Part shown: positions 9,384-18,563 of the stretch, one piece after another
Layout: each line of letters begins with the position of its first letter
Position numbering within the stretch: the stretch's first letter is position 1
Assembly (NCBI GenBank): GCA_964576835.1
Contig: CAZNXK010000002.1
Span: forward strand, 13,789-77,788
Source of the DNA: an uncultured Treponemataceae bacterium
Lineage (GTDB): Bacteria; Spirochaetota; Spirochaetia; Treponematales; UBA12059
Direction of reading: 5' to 3'
Length of the DNA stretch: 64,000 nt
Program-made: the position numbers and the translations under genes
Notes under the pieces: model-generated
Databases searched by the model: none
Told to the model about the DNA's origin: nothing
Seen by the model: the letters and a program-made list of their open reading frames with translations, nothing else

Positions 9384-11204
9384 CTACTTGTTCTTCCCGA
9401 AAAGGTTCCTGATGGCTCCGACGAGCCCCTTGGGCTTGTTGCCGGAATCGGGCGCTTTCGGGGATCCGGGCCGGGCTGAGCCTGGCGGTACCGCGGAGGC
9501 CGATCCATCGCGGGGCACGTTCCTGCGACCATCGGGCCTCGGGCCGTTTCGAGACCTGCCGCCCTCGCTATTGCCTGCCTTGCCAGCACTAGCCTTGCCC
9601 GAGTTGACTGCTCCCGAGCCGTAACGTTCACGGTACAGGCGGAGGCGTTCCTCCATGCTCACCGAATAGGGATCGGACAGGCGGGCGCCGCCGGACTTGC
9701 CCCTGGAACCCCGTCTCTGCCTGCTGCCTTGCTTTGAAGCCTGGGCTTCGCGGGAAGACACATCGTCGCGCTGTCTCGGCGCCTCCGGCCTTTCCTGCCT
9801 CGGCGAACCCTTCGCCGCGGTCTTCACGGGCTTGGGAGCCGAACCCTTCCGCGCCCGATTTCCCCGACCACGTTTTTTGGAAGGAACATCATGATCCTCC
9901 AAGGCGGGTTTCGCGTCGCTCAAGGCTCCGCCTCCGGTTATCGCGGCGATGTCGGCCTGTATTGCACGGGCATAGCGGCCATCATACTGACCGCCCCTGT
10001 CGCGCCTGTCATCGTCGTTCCGCCTGCCGTTCCCGCGATCGCCCCCGCCTGAGTCGGGGCTCCTCCTGACGCTCCTGTCGTCCGGCCTCGTGGAAGCAAA
10101 GACCGTCTCGACGGGCGCCATCATCGACTGGTCCGGAGCGACAGCTCCGAGCGAGGCGCCGAGCGCGCGTTCTATCGCCGGGATTCCGAACGAGTAACGC
10201 TCGCAGGCGAAATTGTAGACTCTGGCCCCCGGCTTCAAGGAGTCGAGGTGCCCGAGCCTGGTCAGGTATGGCTCGGCTTCGAGCGGGAGATCCCAGTTGA
10301 CGACTGTTGCCGCCCAGCCTCCCGCCAGCCCGTCGGCGCCTTCGTCGGTCATGACGAGGGCCTCGAATTCGCCGGCTTTCACCGATTCCAGGACCGCTTT
10401 TTTCCTGGGCAGGTTGCCGAGGATGTATTCCACACGCATGCCGGCGGCCCGAAGCCGCCGCATGGCATCCTCCGCGGTACCCCGCACATCACAGAAAACC
10501 GCGAGCGGCCTCGTCGTATTCGACTTCATGATACCGAGCAGCAGACGGAGCTTGTCCTCGGCGGAGACCAGATATGTCACGCTCTGTGCCGACCTGGAAC
10601 GCTCTCCCTCGGCTTCGAGTTCCAGTTCTTCAAAGTCGCCGGCAAGGTCCCGCGCGATCGCCCGGCCGGCGGGGTGGAGGTCTGAGGAAAAAGCCACGAC
10701 CCTGCGCGACGACGTCGAAGGTCCCAGCGCCCTGCGCAGCATGGCGGCGCTTGCGGCATCGGCCATGGCGTCGAGGTCGCTCAGCGCGACAAGCTCGAAG
10801 CCCCGCGAGTCGAGCGTGCCCGCGGCCGAGCGCGAGGCGATGGCGTCGATGGAACCTATCAGGGTGTCGGTCTCGTCGGCAACGCTGTCACGCCCTATCG
10901 TCGAGCACCTCAAGCCGGCCCGTCCGCCCACGGCGTCGAACGCTTCCTTGAGTCCAGCCACGTCGCGGTCGGCCGGCGCCACGACGAGTGCCTTGAGACC
11001 GGGTTCGCCGGCGAGCCGGTCCGCTATCGCGGCCATCAGCACCGGATAGCGGGCGGCCCCGAGCTTGACGCGGGCCACTACGCCGCCGGTCCGGATGCTT
11101 TCCGACAGCCCGGCCGCGACTCTTGCCGGCTGACCAGGGCATATCATTTCAAGCGCGGACTTGATGCGCTCGTCGAATGCAGTATTTTCATTTTCCATAA
11201 GCAA
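9384..11204 (-). CDS. DEAD-box-helicase-like protein with degenerate catalytic motifs and a long Arg/Gly/Ser-rich C-terminal tail
   Basis: 606 aa with a two-RecA-like layout. Motif I is VKLGAARYP, the DEAD position is SDLD, SAT is SSD, motif V is TDEGADGLA and motif VI is TRLGHLDS. The last ~220 aa are low-complexity (RRNDDDRRDRGG, SRQRRGSRGKSGG). Confidence 0.75.
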   Translation of the reverse strand: MLMENENTAFDERIKSALEMICPGQPARVAAGLSESIRTGGVVARVKLGAARYPVLMAAIADRLAGEPGLKALVVAPADRDVAGLKEAFDAVGGRAGLRCSTIGRDSVADETDTLIGSIDAIASRSAAGTLDSRGFELVALSDLDAMADAASAAMLRRALGPSTSSRRVVAFSSDLHPAGRAIARDLAGDFEELELEAEGERSRSAQSVTYLVSAEDKLRLLLGIMKSNTTRPLAVFCDVRGTAEDAMRRLRAAGMRVEYILGNLPRKKAVLESVKAGEFEALVMTDEGADGLAGGWAATVVNWDLPLEAEPYLTRLGHLDSLKPGARVYNFACERYSFGIPAIERALGASLGAVAPDQSMMAPVETVFASTRPDDRSVRRSPDSGGGDRGNGRRNDDDRRDRGGQYDGRYARAIQADIAAITGGGALSDAKPALEDHDVPSKKRGRGNRARKGSAPKPVKTAAKGSPRQERPEAPRQRDDVSSREAQASKQGSRQRRGSRGKSGGARLSDPYSVSMEERLRLYRERYGSGAVNSGKASAGKAGNSEGGRSRNGPRPDGRRNVPRDGSASAVPPGSARPGSPKAPDSGNKPKGLVGAIRNLFGKNK

Positions 11205-11364
11205 TCCCGTCGTATGTATGGTTCGCAGTGCCTTTCAGGCCTACGGTTCGTATCGATGCAATTCAAATCACACTATACAACGTGGATACTCCGTTGTGAA
11301 GGCGGTGCGGCACCCTCGGCCGGGTGGTATTGCCCAGCGGGGCGATGATGATTAGAGTCGAACC

Positions 11365-12174
11365 ATGAAGAGGCTCATGGTGGCATCGATGATCGCGACA
11401 AGTCTGACCCTCGTCGCATGCGGCGGCGGTTCCGCGGACACGGGAGAGGCTCCGAGTGCGATGGCACGCGACGACGCCCGCATGTCAGCGGCGTTACGGG
11501 CTCTGGCTGTCTTGCCGCCCGATGTCGCTGCCCGCTCCGAGGCGGCCATCCGTGCCGAGCCTGACCGGTTCTTCACGCTGCTCGGCGCAGCGCTCGATGA
11601 ATCGAAGGCTGCCGGCGACCTCCTCATCCCGGTCGACAAGGAGCGTGCGCTTCCTCCGGGTTTCGAACCAGCCGACCTTGTATCGCTCAATGACTATCCG
11701 TTTGCAGTATCGCGCCGGGACCTGCGGCTCAGGAAGCCAGTCATGGCCGCCGCTCTCGAGATGAGCAAAGCCGCGAGTCTGGACGGGGTCTCGCTGCTGT
11801 TCTCGTCGTCATACCGCTCCTGGGCATACCAGGACGGGCTGTTCAAGCGCTACGCGGCTCAATACGGAGAGTCGGAGGCGGCGCGGTTTTCGGCAAGGCC
11901 GGGAACATCCCAGCACCAGCTGGGTACGGCCATCGACTTCGGCAGCATCGACGACGCGTTCGCGGCCACGAAGGCGGGCGAATGGCTGGCGGCCAACGCC
12001 TGGCGCTTCGGCTTCTCCCTTTCCTACCCCAAGGGGGGCGAGGCCATTACCGGCTATGTCTGGGAAAGCTGGCACTACCGCTATGTTACAAAGGCTGGAG
12101 CGGAGCTGGAGCGCGTATGGTTCGGAGGCGTCCAGCGCTACCTGCTGGACTTCATCGCCACATGGAATGGCTAG
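11365..12174 (+). CDS. M15-family D-alanyl-D-alanine carboxypeptidase (VanY-like) lipoprotein
   Basis: Signal peptide with lipobox MKRLMVASMIATSLTLVAC. Also SSYRSWAYQ, SARPGTSQHQLGTAIDF and WESWHYRY, the zinc-binding H/D/H pattern of VanY/M15B. Confidence 0.85.
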   Translation: MKRLMVASMIATSLTLVACGGGSADTGEAPSAMARDDARMSAALRALAVLPPDVAARSEAAIRAEPDRFFTLLGAALDESKAAGDLLIPVDKERALPPGFEPADLVSLNDYPFAVSRRDLRLRKPVMAAALEMSKAASLDGVSLLFSSSYRSWAYQDGLFKRYAAQYGESEAARFSARPGTSQHQLGTAIDFGSIDDAFAATKAGEWLAANAWRFGFSLSYPKGGEAITGYVWESWHYRYVTKAGAELERVWFGGVQRYLLDFIATWNG

Positions 12175-12255
12175 CCCGGATATCTCACACCTTGCCGCAA
12201 ATTTATAGCAAGTCATTGTGTTGTAGTAAAATGCGGCAAGGCCCGCATAATCGGG

Positions 12256-13782
12256 CTAGTACTTCGACGCCGGCGTTTCCCGTTGCTTGATCGATTCCTG
12301 CCTGAAGCCTTCGCCGAACTGTTCGACGGTTCTGGCGAACTGCTTGTCGCTCAAGAAACCATAATCCTGCAGCACCAGCGACTCTATCTGGTCCCAGGCC
12401 ATGCTTCCCGTTTCGTACTCGCAGAAGACGTTGGCCAGGTAGACCGCAAAGACGACGTCCTTGAAGTCGGTGGTCATCAGCGCTGGCTCATGGTGGAAAC
12501 GTATTGCGGCGACGAGTGACTCGGGAAAATTCCACTTCTCGGCGACCCGCGCGCCGATCTCCGAATGGTTCATGCCCCCGGCCAGATCCTCGAAGGTGCC
12601 CCTTTCGATACCCTTGGCATCGCAGAACGCCTTGATGTGATCGAGCAATTCAGGGTGAACCGACGAGAAGATGATTTTGCCCATATCGTGGAGCATGCCG
12701 CCGACGTAGGCGTCGTCCTGGAGAGCCCTGTTGCCCGGCTTGAAATTCTTGGCCAGGTTGTAGGCGTAGTAGGCGCAACGGTAGCTGTGGTCCCACAGCA
12801 CCTTCTGGTCGAGGCCCCGCTGGCTCGCCAGGATCTTCTGGGATCCGTATGAGAACAGCAGGTTCTTGATGCCCCGGAGTCCGACGAGCTTGACGGCATC
12901 GACGATGTTGTCTACGCGCCTTGGCAGCATGAACTGCGCGGAGTTGACAAGCTTGAGAAGGTCGGCGGTCATCGCCGGGTCGGTCGAGATGTTCCTTGCA
13001 ATGTCGACCATCTCGCTCTTCGGGTCGGCGATCAGGCGCTGGATTGTCAGTATGTTGTCCGGGAAATGCGGCAGGCTGGTGATCTGCCTGACAAGCTCGT
13101 CGGTCAGCGCCGACAGGCTCTCGATTTTCGCAGCGGCGACCGGCACGTTGATGCGGGCCACGGTCTCGCCGTTGTCGGTATGGATGTCGAAGCAATCTTC
13201 GTCCAGGCTCATCTTCTTGAGCATGAGGACGAGGATGACGAGACCCAGCCCCGCACCTTCGGACGCGTCAAGGACCTGTGACATCGCCTCTTCCAGGGTT
13301 TCGTACTTGCGCGAGTGGGCCAGCTTGTCCTGTATCCGCAGATATTCCGTCCTCGTCAACTCGACGTTGTTGCGGACCTCGAGGATGACGTTCGAGCCAC
13401 GGGCCTGGAATATTATCTTGATATAATACTGTCTCTCTTTTTGCTTCTGCAGGTAGAAGGCGAGATTCTCCATCGTATCAGCCTTGAAGGAACGCATTCC
13501 TTCCTCGTACTCGGACGGATCCTTGAGATCGAGGCCTTTCGTTTCGAAATAGACGCGCTTGGTATTGGCCTTCTTCGCGTTCACCGCCAGTTCCCGAAGG
13601 CAGTAGACGAGATAGTCTTTGATCCTTGCCTGCCCGAGTTCGCCGAGGAACACCTCGAGGACCTCTTCTATATAGACTTCTATCTCGTGTGGAAGGGTGT
13701 AGGTGGTGATCGTCAGCGGAATCGCGCTGTGCGCCGCCTTCTTGATCTTCGTTACGTCTACGACCAGCTCGTTACCTGCCAT
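12256..13782 (-). CDS. HDOD-domain signalling protein with N-terminal GHKL (HATPase-like) module
   Basis: 508 aa. The N-terminal part has an N-box-like ELAVNAKKAN and a G2-like SEGAGLGLVIL. The C-terminal half has LPHFPDNILTIQRLIADP...DPAMTADLLKLVNSAQF and HD residues (LHDMGKIIF), typical of HDOD. Confidence 0.85.
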   Translation of the reverse strand: MAGNELVVDVTKIKKAAHSAIPLTITTYTLPHEIEVYIEEVLEVFLGELGQARIKDYLVYCLRELAVNAKKANTKRVYFETKGLDLKDPSEYEEGMRSFKADTMENLAFYLQKQKERQYYIKIIFQARGSNVILEVRNNVELTRTEYLRIQDKLAHSRKYETLEEAMSQVLDASEGAGLGLVILVLMLKKMSLDEDCFDIHTDNGETVARINVPVAAAKIESLSALTDELVRQITSLPHFPDNILTIQRLIADPKSEMVDIARNISTDPAMTADLLKLVNSAQFMLPRRVDNIVDAVKLVGLRGIKNLLFSYGSQKILASQRGLDQKVLWDHSYRCAYYAYNLAKNFKPGNRALQDDAYVGGMLHDMGKIIFSSVHPELLDHIKAFCDAKGIERGTFEDLAGGMNHSEIGARVAEKWNFPESLVAAIRFHHEPALMTTDFKDVVFAVYLANVFCEYETGSMAWDQIESLVLQDYGFLSDKQFARTVEQFGEGFRQESIKQRETPASKY

Positions 13783-13963
13783 CGTGTATCTCCAACTTTC
13801 AGAATCATATCAATGTTACTGCATACATTACTTTATCCGGCCATCGTACGCAACTGCCTTGCGGCGAAACCCGGATCAACAAATCTCGTCGCATCCAGTT
13901 ATTCGTTCCATTGTCGATAATTTTCTATTGACATACAAGAATAACTGGTCGAATTTTCAACCC

Positions 13964-15142
13964 ATGAAAACAGTGCTGATAGTCGATGCGAACGAAGACG
14001 ATCGAAAGACCGCCATGGCCCTGTTGGCGGTCAGATACGAAGTCCGATCGTGCGCAACAGTAGCGGATGCCATCGAGCTGGCAAGGGGAAGAAAGCCGGA
14101 CGCCCTGGTCATAGACATCGCCTGCAGCCGCATCGACGGGAACTACGATCCGCTTGGAGTCGCGGCCCTCATCGAGCCCAGGGCCGGGATCATCTGCACC
14201 GCCTCGATGAGCACCGCCATAGATTATGCCAGACACCGCGGAGTCTCCGGCTATGTCGAGAAACCGTACCGCGCGGAACCCCTGTATGCGGCGGTGCGTC
14301 TGGCTTCGGCAGAATCGGCCGCCGGCCTGGAGGCCATATGGTCCCATAAATACGGATCATGCCTGCATGCCGGGAGCTCCAGGGGAGGCGGACTCATCGG
14401 CGACTGCGAAGCGCTCAAGGAGGTGGCCCGGCGGATAGCCCTGTACGCCGCGCACGACGCGCCGGTGCTGATACTCGGGGAGAGCGGCACCGGCAAGGAA
14501 CTGGCCGCCGCCGCGATACACCAGGCGTCCAGACGGTCGTCGGGCAGGTTCCTCCCGGTGGACTGCGCCGCCATACCGGAGACGCTCGCGGAAAGCCACT
14601 TGTTCGGCACTGTGAAAGGCGCATTCACCGGAGCGCTCGATTCGAAGGGAGTATTCGAGTCGGCCTGCGGCGGAACGGTATTCCTCGACGAGATAGGGGA
14701 GCTGTCGATGACGGTGCAGGCGAAATTCCTCCGGACGGTGGAGACCGGCACAGGCGCACGCGTCGGGGCAGTCGATCCCGTCGACTACGACATCCGCATC
14801 CTCTCGGCGACCAACGCGCCGCTTTTCGGAGACAGCACGCATTTCCGGCCGGAACTCGTCCACAGGATTAATACGCTCGTGCTCAGGATGCCTGCGCTGA
14901 GGGACCACAAGGAAGACATCCCGATACTCGCCGAGTCGTTCATCGAGGAATTCAGCCCTGGCAAACGCATAACGAGGAGTGCCATGTCCAAGCTGGCAGC
15001 GTGGGATTGGCCGGGAAATGTCAGGGAACTCAGGAACGCCGTCTGCCGCGCCACCGTCATGTCGGGCGGGAACCACGAGATCCGGCCCGTCGACATAGAA
15101 TTCGACGGCGCCGAGGCTCCCTGGCAAGCATCGCTGTTCTGA
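13964..15142 (+). CDS. Sigma-54-dependent response regulator (receiver + AAA+), lacking a C-terminal HTH DNA-binding domain
   Basis: The receiver has MKTVLIVDANEDD...DALVIDI...YVEKPY. The AAA+ domain has Walker A GESGTGKE, the sigma-54 contact loop GAFTGA, Walker B GGTVFLDEIGEL and WPGNVRELRNAV. The protein ends ~30 aa after GNVREL (…IEFDGAEAPWQASLF*), with no Fis-type HTH. The ATG at 13964 is chosen inside track ORF 13703..15142. Confidence 0.9.
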   Translation: MKTVLIVDANEDDRKTAMALLAVRYEVRSCATVADAIELARGRKPDALVIDIACSRIDGNYDPLGVAALIEPRAGIICTASMSTAIDYARHRGVSGYVEKPYRAEPLYAAVRLASAESAAGLEAIWSHKYGSCLHAGSSRGGGLIGDCEALKEVARRIALYAAHDAPVLILGESGTGKELAAAAIHQASRRSSGRFLPVDCAAIPETLAESHLFGTVKGAFTGALDSKGVFESACGGTVFLDEIGELSMTVQAKFLRTVETGTGARVGAVDPVDYDIRILSATNAPLFGDSTHFRPELVHRINTLVLRMPALRDHKEDIPILAESFIEEFSPGKRITRSAMSKLAAWDWPGNVRELRNAVCRATVMSGGNHEIRPVDIEFDGAEAPWQASLF

Positions 15143-15607
15143 TCAGAAGATCGGGCGAAGCGAAATCACGTTCAGGTACACGTCTCTGGCTCCGTCGGGC
15201 GAGATCCGAATGGATGGGTCCCGGGCAATGACTACGGTTCTCCTGCCTGAGGATCCTTCGAGGAATTCACGGAAGACGCTTCCCTTGAACACGAGATAGA
15301 CGCGGTGCAGGAGTATCTTCGACGTTCCGACCCACTCGCCTTCGAGGAACTCCACGACCGCTTCAAAGGGTTCATCGCTGGAGACGGTCGGGTGCGACAG
15401 CGTGCCGAACAGCAGGACGGCGGTATCGCCGGAATATTCGGCCAAGCCGGCCCGATCGTCCGCGCTGGCTATCTCCGCTAGCCTGGCTATGCCGACGCGC
15501 AGGTCCATTCGTCCTACGAAGGTGCTTTCTCCGAGCGGAGCTCCTTGCGCGGCCGCCGCCGATGCTAAAGCGACAGCCACCACGGTCGCGCAGAACAATC
15601 TTTTCAT
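15143..15607 (-). CDS. Secreted hypothetical protein
   Basis: 154 aa with signal peptide MKRLFCATVVAVALASAAAAQG. No family recognised. Its stop abuts the stop of the convergent EBP gene. Confidence 0.6.
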   Translation of the reverse strand: MKRLFCATVVAVALASAAAAQGAPLGESTFVGRMDLRVGIARLAEIASADDRAGLAEYSGDTAVLLFGTLSHPTVSSDEPFEAVVEFLEGEWVGTSKILLHRVYLVFKGSVFREFLEGSSGRRTVVIARDPSIRISPDGARDVYLNVISLRPIF

Positions 15608-15723
15608 GCAACCCTCCGTCGAGCCTCCCTGGCAAGCTGCTGAAAAACTCGATGCTTTTCAACATCCTGCCAGGCAATTGCTTGAAAACCTACGGTTTTC
15701 TTAGCAAATGCAACATTAAGGTA

Positions 15724-15757
15724 GTGTTGAAAAAACCGCTTTCGGCTTTTTCAACAC
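15724..15757 (-). terminator. Rho-independent-type terminator downstream of trmJ (symmetric, possibly bidirectional)
   Basis: GTGTTGAAAAAACCG (15724-15738), loop CTTT, CGGCTTTTTCAACAC (15743-15757). The 15-bp stem has one mismatch and A/T runs inside the arms. It lies ~50 nt after the trmJ stop. Confidence 0.55.
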
Positions 15758-15807
15758 CCTATTTGAAGAAGGTTCGACCCAAAGCGTACTATCGACGGGT
15801 GTCGCGG

Positions 15808-16539
15808 TCAAGGAGCCGCAAGAGGCAATGAGCCAAGCTTGAGGAAGAGCGACGAAAAGCGTTCCAGCTCGGATTCCGACAGCGCCGCCCGCGCCGCGAC
15901 GCTCCGTATGAAGGATTCGGCCTCCGGCCGCCCTGCCATCTTGTAGAAGCCAGCCGCCTGCAGCGCGTCCGCTATATCCCTGGCCGCCCGCTGGGTAGAA
16001 GAGCGAGGCGCGGCCAGCCTTGACACGGCAGCCGGTTCCCCGGCAAGCAGGGCCTTGCGGACTTCCCAGCAGGCAATCTGCACGGCGTGCGAGAGGTTGA
16101 GCGACGGGAACAAGCCGGAAGTGGCTATGCCGACGGCTTCGTCGCACAGCTCCAGTTCGGCGTCCGAGAGTCCGTCGCGCTCGTTGCCGAACACCAGCGC
16201 GGCAGGAGCGCAACCGCGCCCGGCGAGCATCGCCGAAAAACCTTCCAGAGCTACGTTTTCCTTGCGGCGCTGTCCGACGCGGCGGGTGAATCCGGCTGCC
16301 AGCGAAAAACCCGCGAGCGCTGACCGCAATGTCGTGTGGCGCTCAGCCGATTCGAACACGTCCCAGGCCTGGAGCGCGTGGGTCCTGACGGCGACATCGT
16401 CGTAACAGGGGCAGTCGGCAAGCACCAACCTGGTGAAACCCATGGCTTTCATGGCCCTGCAGGCAGAGCCGACGTTGATGGAACCTTCGACGCGACAGAG
16501 TACGACCGCTACTGCTCCAGGCGCGGTATCATCACCCAT
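15808..16539 (-). CDS. trmJ: SpoU/TrmH-family tRNA 2'-O-methyltransferase, TrmJ-like
   Basis: 243 aa. INVGSACRAMKAMGFTRLVL, ALVFGNERDGLSDAEL and PSLNLSHAVQIACWE align with E. coli TrmJ motifs (GNMGSVARAMKTMGL, ALVFGRERVGLTNEEL, SSLNLAMAVQVIAYE). Confidence 0.8.
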   Translation of the reverse strand: MGDDTAPGAVAVVLCRVEGSINVGSACRAMKAMGFTRLVLADCPCYDDVAVRTHALQAWDVFESAERHTTLRSALAGFSLAAGFTRRVGQRRKENVALEGFSAMLAGRGCAPAALVFGNERDGLSDAELELCDEAVGIATSGLFPSLNLSHAVQIACWEVRKALLAGEPAAVSRLAAPRSSTQRAARDIADALQAAGFYKMAGRPEAESFIRSVAARAALSESELERFSSLFLKLGSLPLAAP

Positions 16540-16604
16540 ACTGCGGTCCTCCGTATCGGCCGTCTCCGACGGCGAGGTTTACTCGGCGCGACGGTGCGAC
16601 TATA

Positions 16605-17375
16605 GTGTATGGCGCCATGGAGAACAACACGGAAACGCTCGCAAGCCACGGACTCGCCGGACTCCGTTCGCTGATAGTCGGAGGCTCGGGCGGCATCGGC
16701 TACGCTATTGCGAGGGCCGCCGCTACCGCCAATGCCATAGTCACGCTGCACGGGCATGACCCGGAGCGGCTGGCCAGGAAAGCGCTCAGCCTGCGGGAAC
16801 TCGGCGCCGAGGTATCGACGATTTGCGCGGACCTGTCGGGTGGCGAGGCGCCGGAAGCCCTGCTCGAAGCCGCCCGGTCGAGCGATGTCGTCGTCATGGC
16901 CTACGGGCCTTTTGTCTACAAGACGCTCTCCTTGACCGAGGCGGCAGACTGGCGGCTGGCGGCGCTTGCCTGCCTGGCCCTGCCCGGCATGATCGCCTCG
17001 GCGGCGGCCGTCTCCATGGCAGGACGGGGTTTTGGCCGGATACTCCTCTTCGGAGGCACAAGGACTGACGCCATCCGCGGCTTCAAGTCGAACGCGGCCT
17101 ACGCGGCGGCCAAGACGGGGCTCGGCGTCGTCGCCAAGTCGATAGCGGTCGAATTCGGCCCGCTTGGCGTCTCGTGCGCCGTACTCTGCCCTGGTTTCAT
17201 CGATACCGAATACCTGGATCCGTCGACGAGAAGCCGTCTCGAGACGGCGTCCCCAAGGGGCGGCCTCATCCCGGTTTCAGAAATTGCCGGCCTCGCTGCA
17301 TACCTTGTTTCGGGCGGCATGGATCTTTCGAACGGCGCAATTATCGTTGCCGACCGGGGACTCTATGCGCTATGA
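16605..17375 (+). CDS. Short-chain dehydrogenase/reductase (SDR) family oxidoreductase
   Basis: Has GGSGGIGYAIA (cofactor-binding Gly motif) and NAAYAAAKTGL (YxxxK). Track start is GTG 16605; the alternative ATG at 16617 is equally plausible. Confidence 0.8.
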   Translation: MYGAMENNTETLASHGLAGLRSLIVGGSGGIGYAIARAAATANAIVTLHGHDPERLARKALSLRELGAEVSTICADLSGGEAPEALLEAARSSDVVVMAYGPFVYKTLSLTEAADWRLAALACLALPGMIASAAAVSMAGRGFGRILLFGGTRTDAIRGFKSNAAYAAAKTGLGVVAKSIAVEFGPLGVSCAVLCPGFIDTEYLDPSTRSRLETASPRGGLIPVSEIAGLAAYLVSGGMDLSNGAIIVADRGLYAL

Positions 17376-17472
17376 TTGCTTACTGTCCGAATGGGACTTT
17401 AAAAAGCGACCGGAATAGCCGAAAATATCGTCGAATGCCTGCAGAAATGCGTCTTGTGGTTTCACTATCGAT

Positions 17473-17501
17473 TTGACAAGGCATTGACGACAGCCTATGA
17501 T
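17473..17501 (+). promoter_or_regulatory. Candidate sigma-70-type promoter of the STAS-YbjN-PspA operon
   Basis: TTGACA (17473-17478), 17-nt spacer, TATGAT (17496-17501). A second overlapping pair, TTGACG-17-TAGAAT, follows. It lies ~55 nt upstream of the ATG at 17559, which has a GGAAGAGGAG RBS. Confidence 0.45.
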
Positions 17502-17558
17502 CGTCTTAGAATCGACGGCTGGCTATAGAAAAGTGCGCTCGAATGGAAGAGGAGTACC

Positions 17559-18110
17559 ATGGCAAATAATGATATCGTTCCTGGCTTCGACGACGAAAAG
17601 GACGATAGCCTGAAAATCCGGCTCCAAAAAATCGATCACGTTGACAACTGCCTGGCTCTTTTCCTGACAGGCTATATCGATACGTACAATTCGAATTTCT
17701 TCCAGAAACGTGTCGGGAAAGCCATAGACGGCGGTTTTTCACGCCTCATCTTCAATTGCGGTGGCCTCAACTACGTATCGTCTACCGGAATAGGCTCCTT
17801 CACGGCATTCCTTAAGGCGGTCAAGCCACGAGGCGGAGACATCGTCTTGCTCGAGATACAGCCAAAGGTCTACGAGGTATTCCAGCTCCTCGGGTTCTCG
17901 CAGTTCTTCAACATCAAGGACAATCTCGAAGAAGCCACGGCGTATTTCCACCAGGGTTCGCAGGTCAGTTCCCAGACCGTTTTCCCCAAGATTTTCTCGT
18001 GTCCGATATGCACCAAGAAGCTGAAAGCAGCCAAGCCCGGACGTTTCCGCTGCTCGGAGTGCAAGACCATCCTGGCAATAGACAACTCGGGGCAGGTTTT
18101 CCTGGGGTGA
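17559..18110 (+). CDS. STAS-domain protein (anti-sigma-factor-antagonist-like) with C-terminal zinc ribbon
   Basis: 183 aa with a SpoIIAA-like core (LIFNCGGLNYVSSTGIGSFTAFLKAVKPRGGDIVLLEIQPKVYEVFQLLGF). The C-terminus is CPICTKK...FRCSECKT, a CxxC...CxxC pattern. Confidence 0.85.
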   Translation: MANNDIVPGFDDEKDDSLKIRLQKIDHVDNCLALFLTGYIDTYNSNFFQKRVGKAIDGGFSRLIFNCGGLNYVSSTGIGSFTAFLKAVKPRGGDIVLLEIQPKVYEVFQLLGFSQFFNIKDNLEEATAYFHQGSQVSSQTVFPKIFSCPICTKKLKAAKPGRFRCSECKTILAIDNSGQVFLG

Positions 18111-18159
18111 TCCGGGCAGCGCACCACGCAGAGCTCCAATTCGCGACGAGGAGGAACCA

Positions 18160-18543
18160 ATGGCGGGTATGACCAAAATCGAGTCGTATCTCATGGATCT
18201 GGACATCTCCTATCAGGAAGTATCGCCGAGCGCTTTCTACATCGACGACGATGCCAAGGGCCTCCCGGGCATCACCGTGACGCTCGACGAGCCCATAGTG
18301 ATCGTACGGGCCAAAGTCATGGTACTCCCTTCCGCAAGGCGAAACGAGCTTTTCGAGAAGCTGCTCCGCCTCAACGGTACCGACATGGTGCACGGCGCGT
18401 ACGGGCTTGACGGCAACGACATCGTCCTCATCGATACGCTTGAATACGACACGATGGACAAGCCGGAATTCGAAGCGGCCCTCGATTCGATAGGGCTGGC
18501 CCTGTCCAGACATTACGACGTCCTCGGCGCGTTCCGGGGCTGA
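18160..18543 (+). CDS. YbjN / T3SS-chaperone-like small acidic protein (putative)
   Basis: 127 aa with a GAGGAGG RBS. The assignment rests on the pattern IESYLMDLDISYQEV...ELFEKLLRLNGTDMVHGAYGLDGNDIVLIDTLEYD, which resembles YbjN/CesT-fold proteins. This is by eye only. Confidence 0.6.
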   Translation: MAGMTKIESYLMDLDISYQEVSPSAFYIDDDAKGLPGITVTLDEPIVIVRAKVMVLPSARRNELFEKLLRLNGTDMVHGAYGLDGNDIVLIDTLEYDTMDKPEFEAALDSIGLALSRHYDVLGAFRG

Positions 18544-18563
18544 TCCACAGGAGGCTTACGACC

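Noticed and set aside
9697-10069. Plus-strand ORFs (65 and 111 aa) opposite the helicase tail
   Set aside because: They lie in a low-complexity GC-rich repeat region. They are mirror frames of the Arg/Gly/Ser-rich tail.
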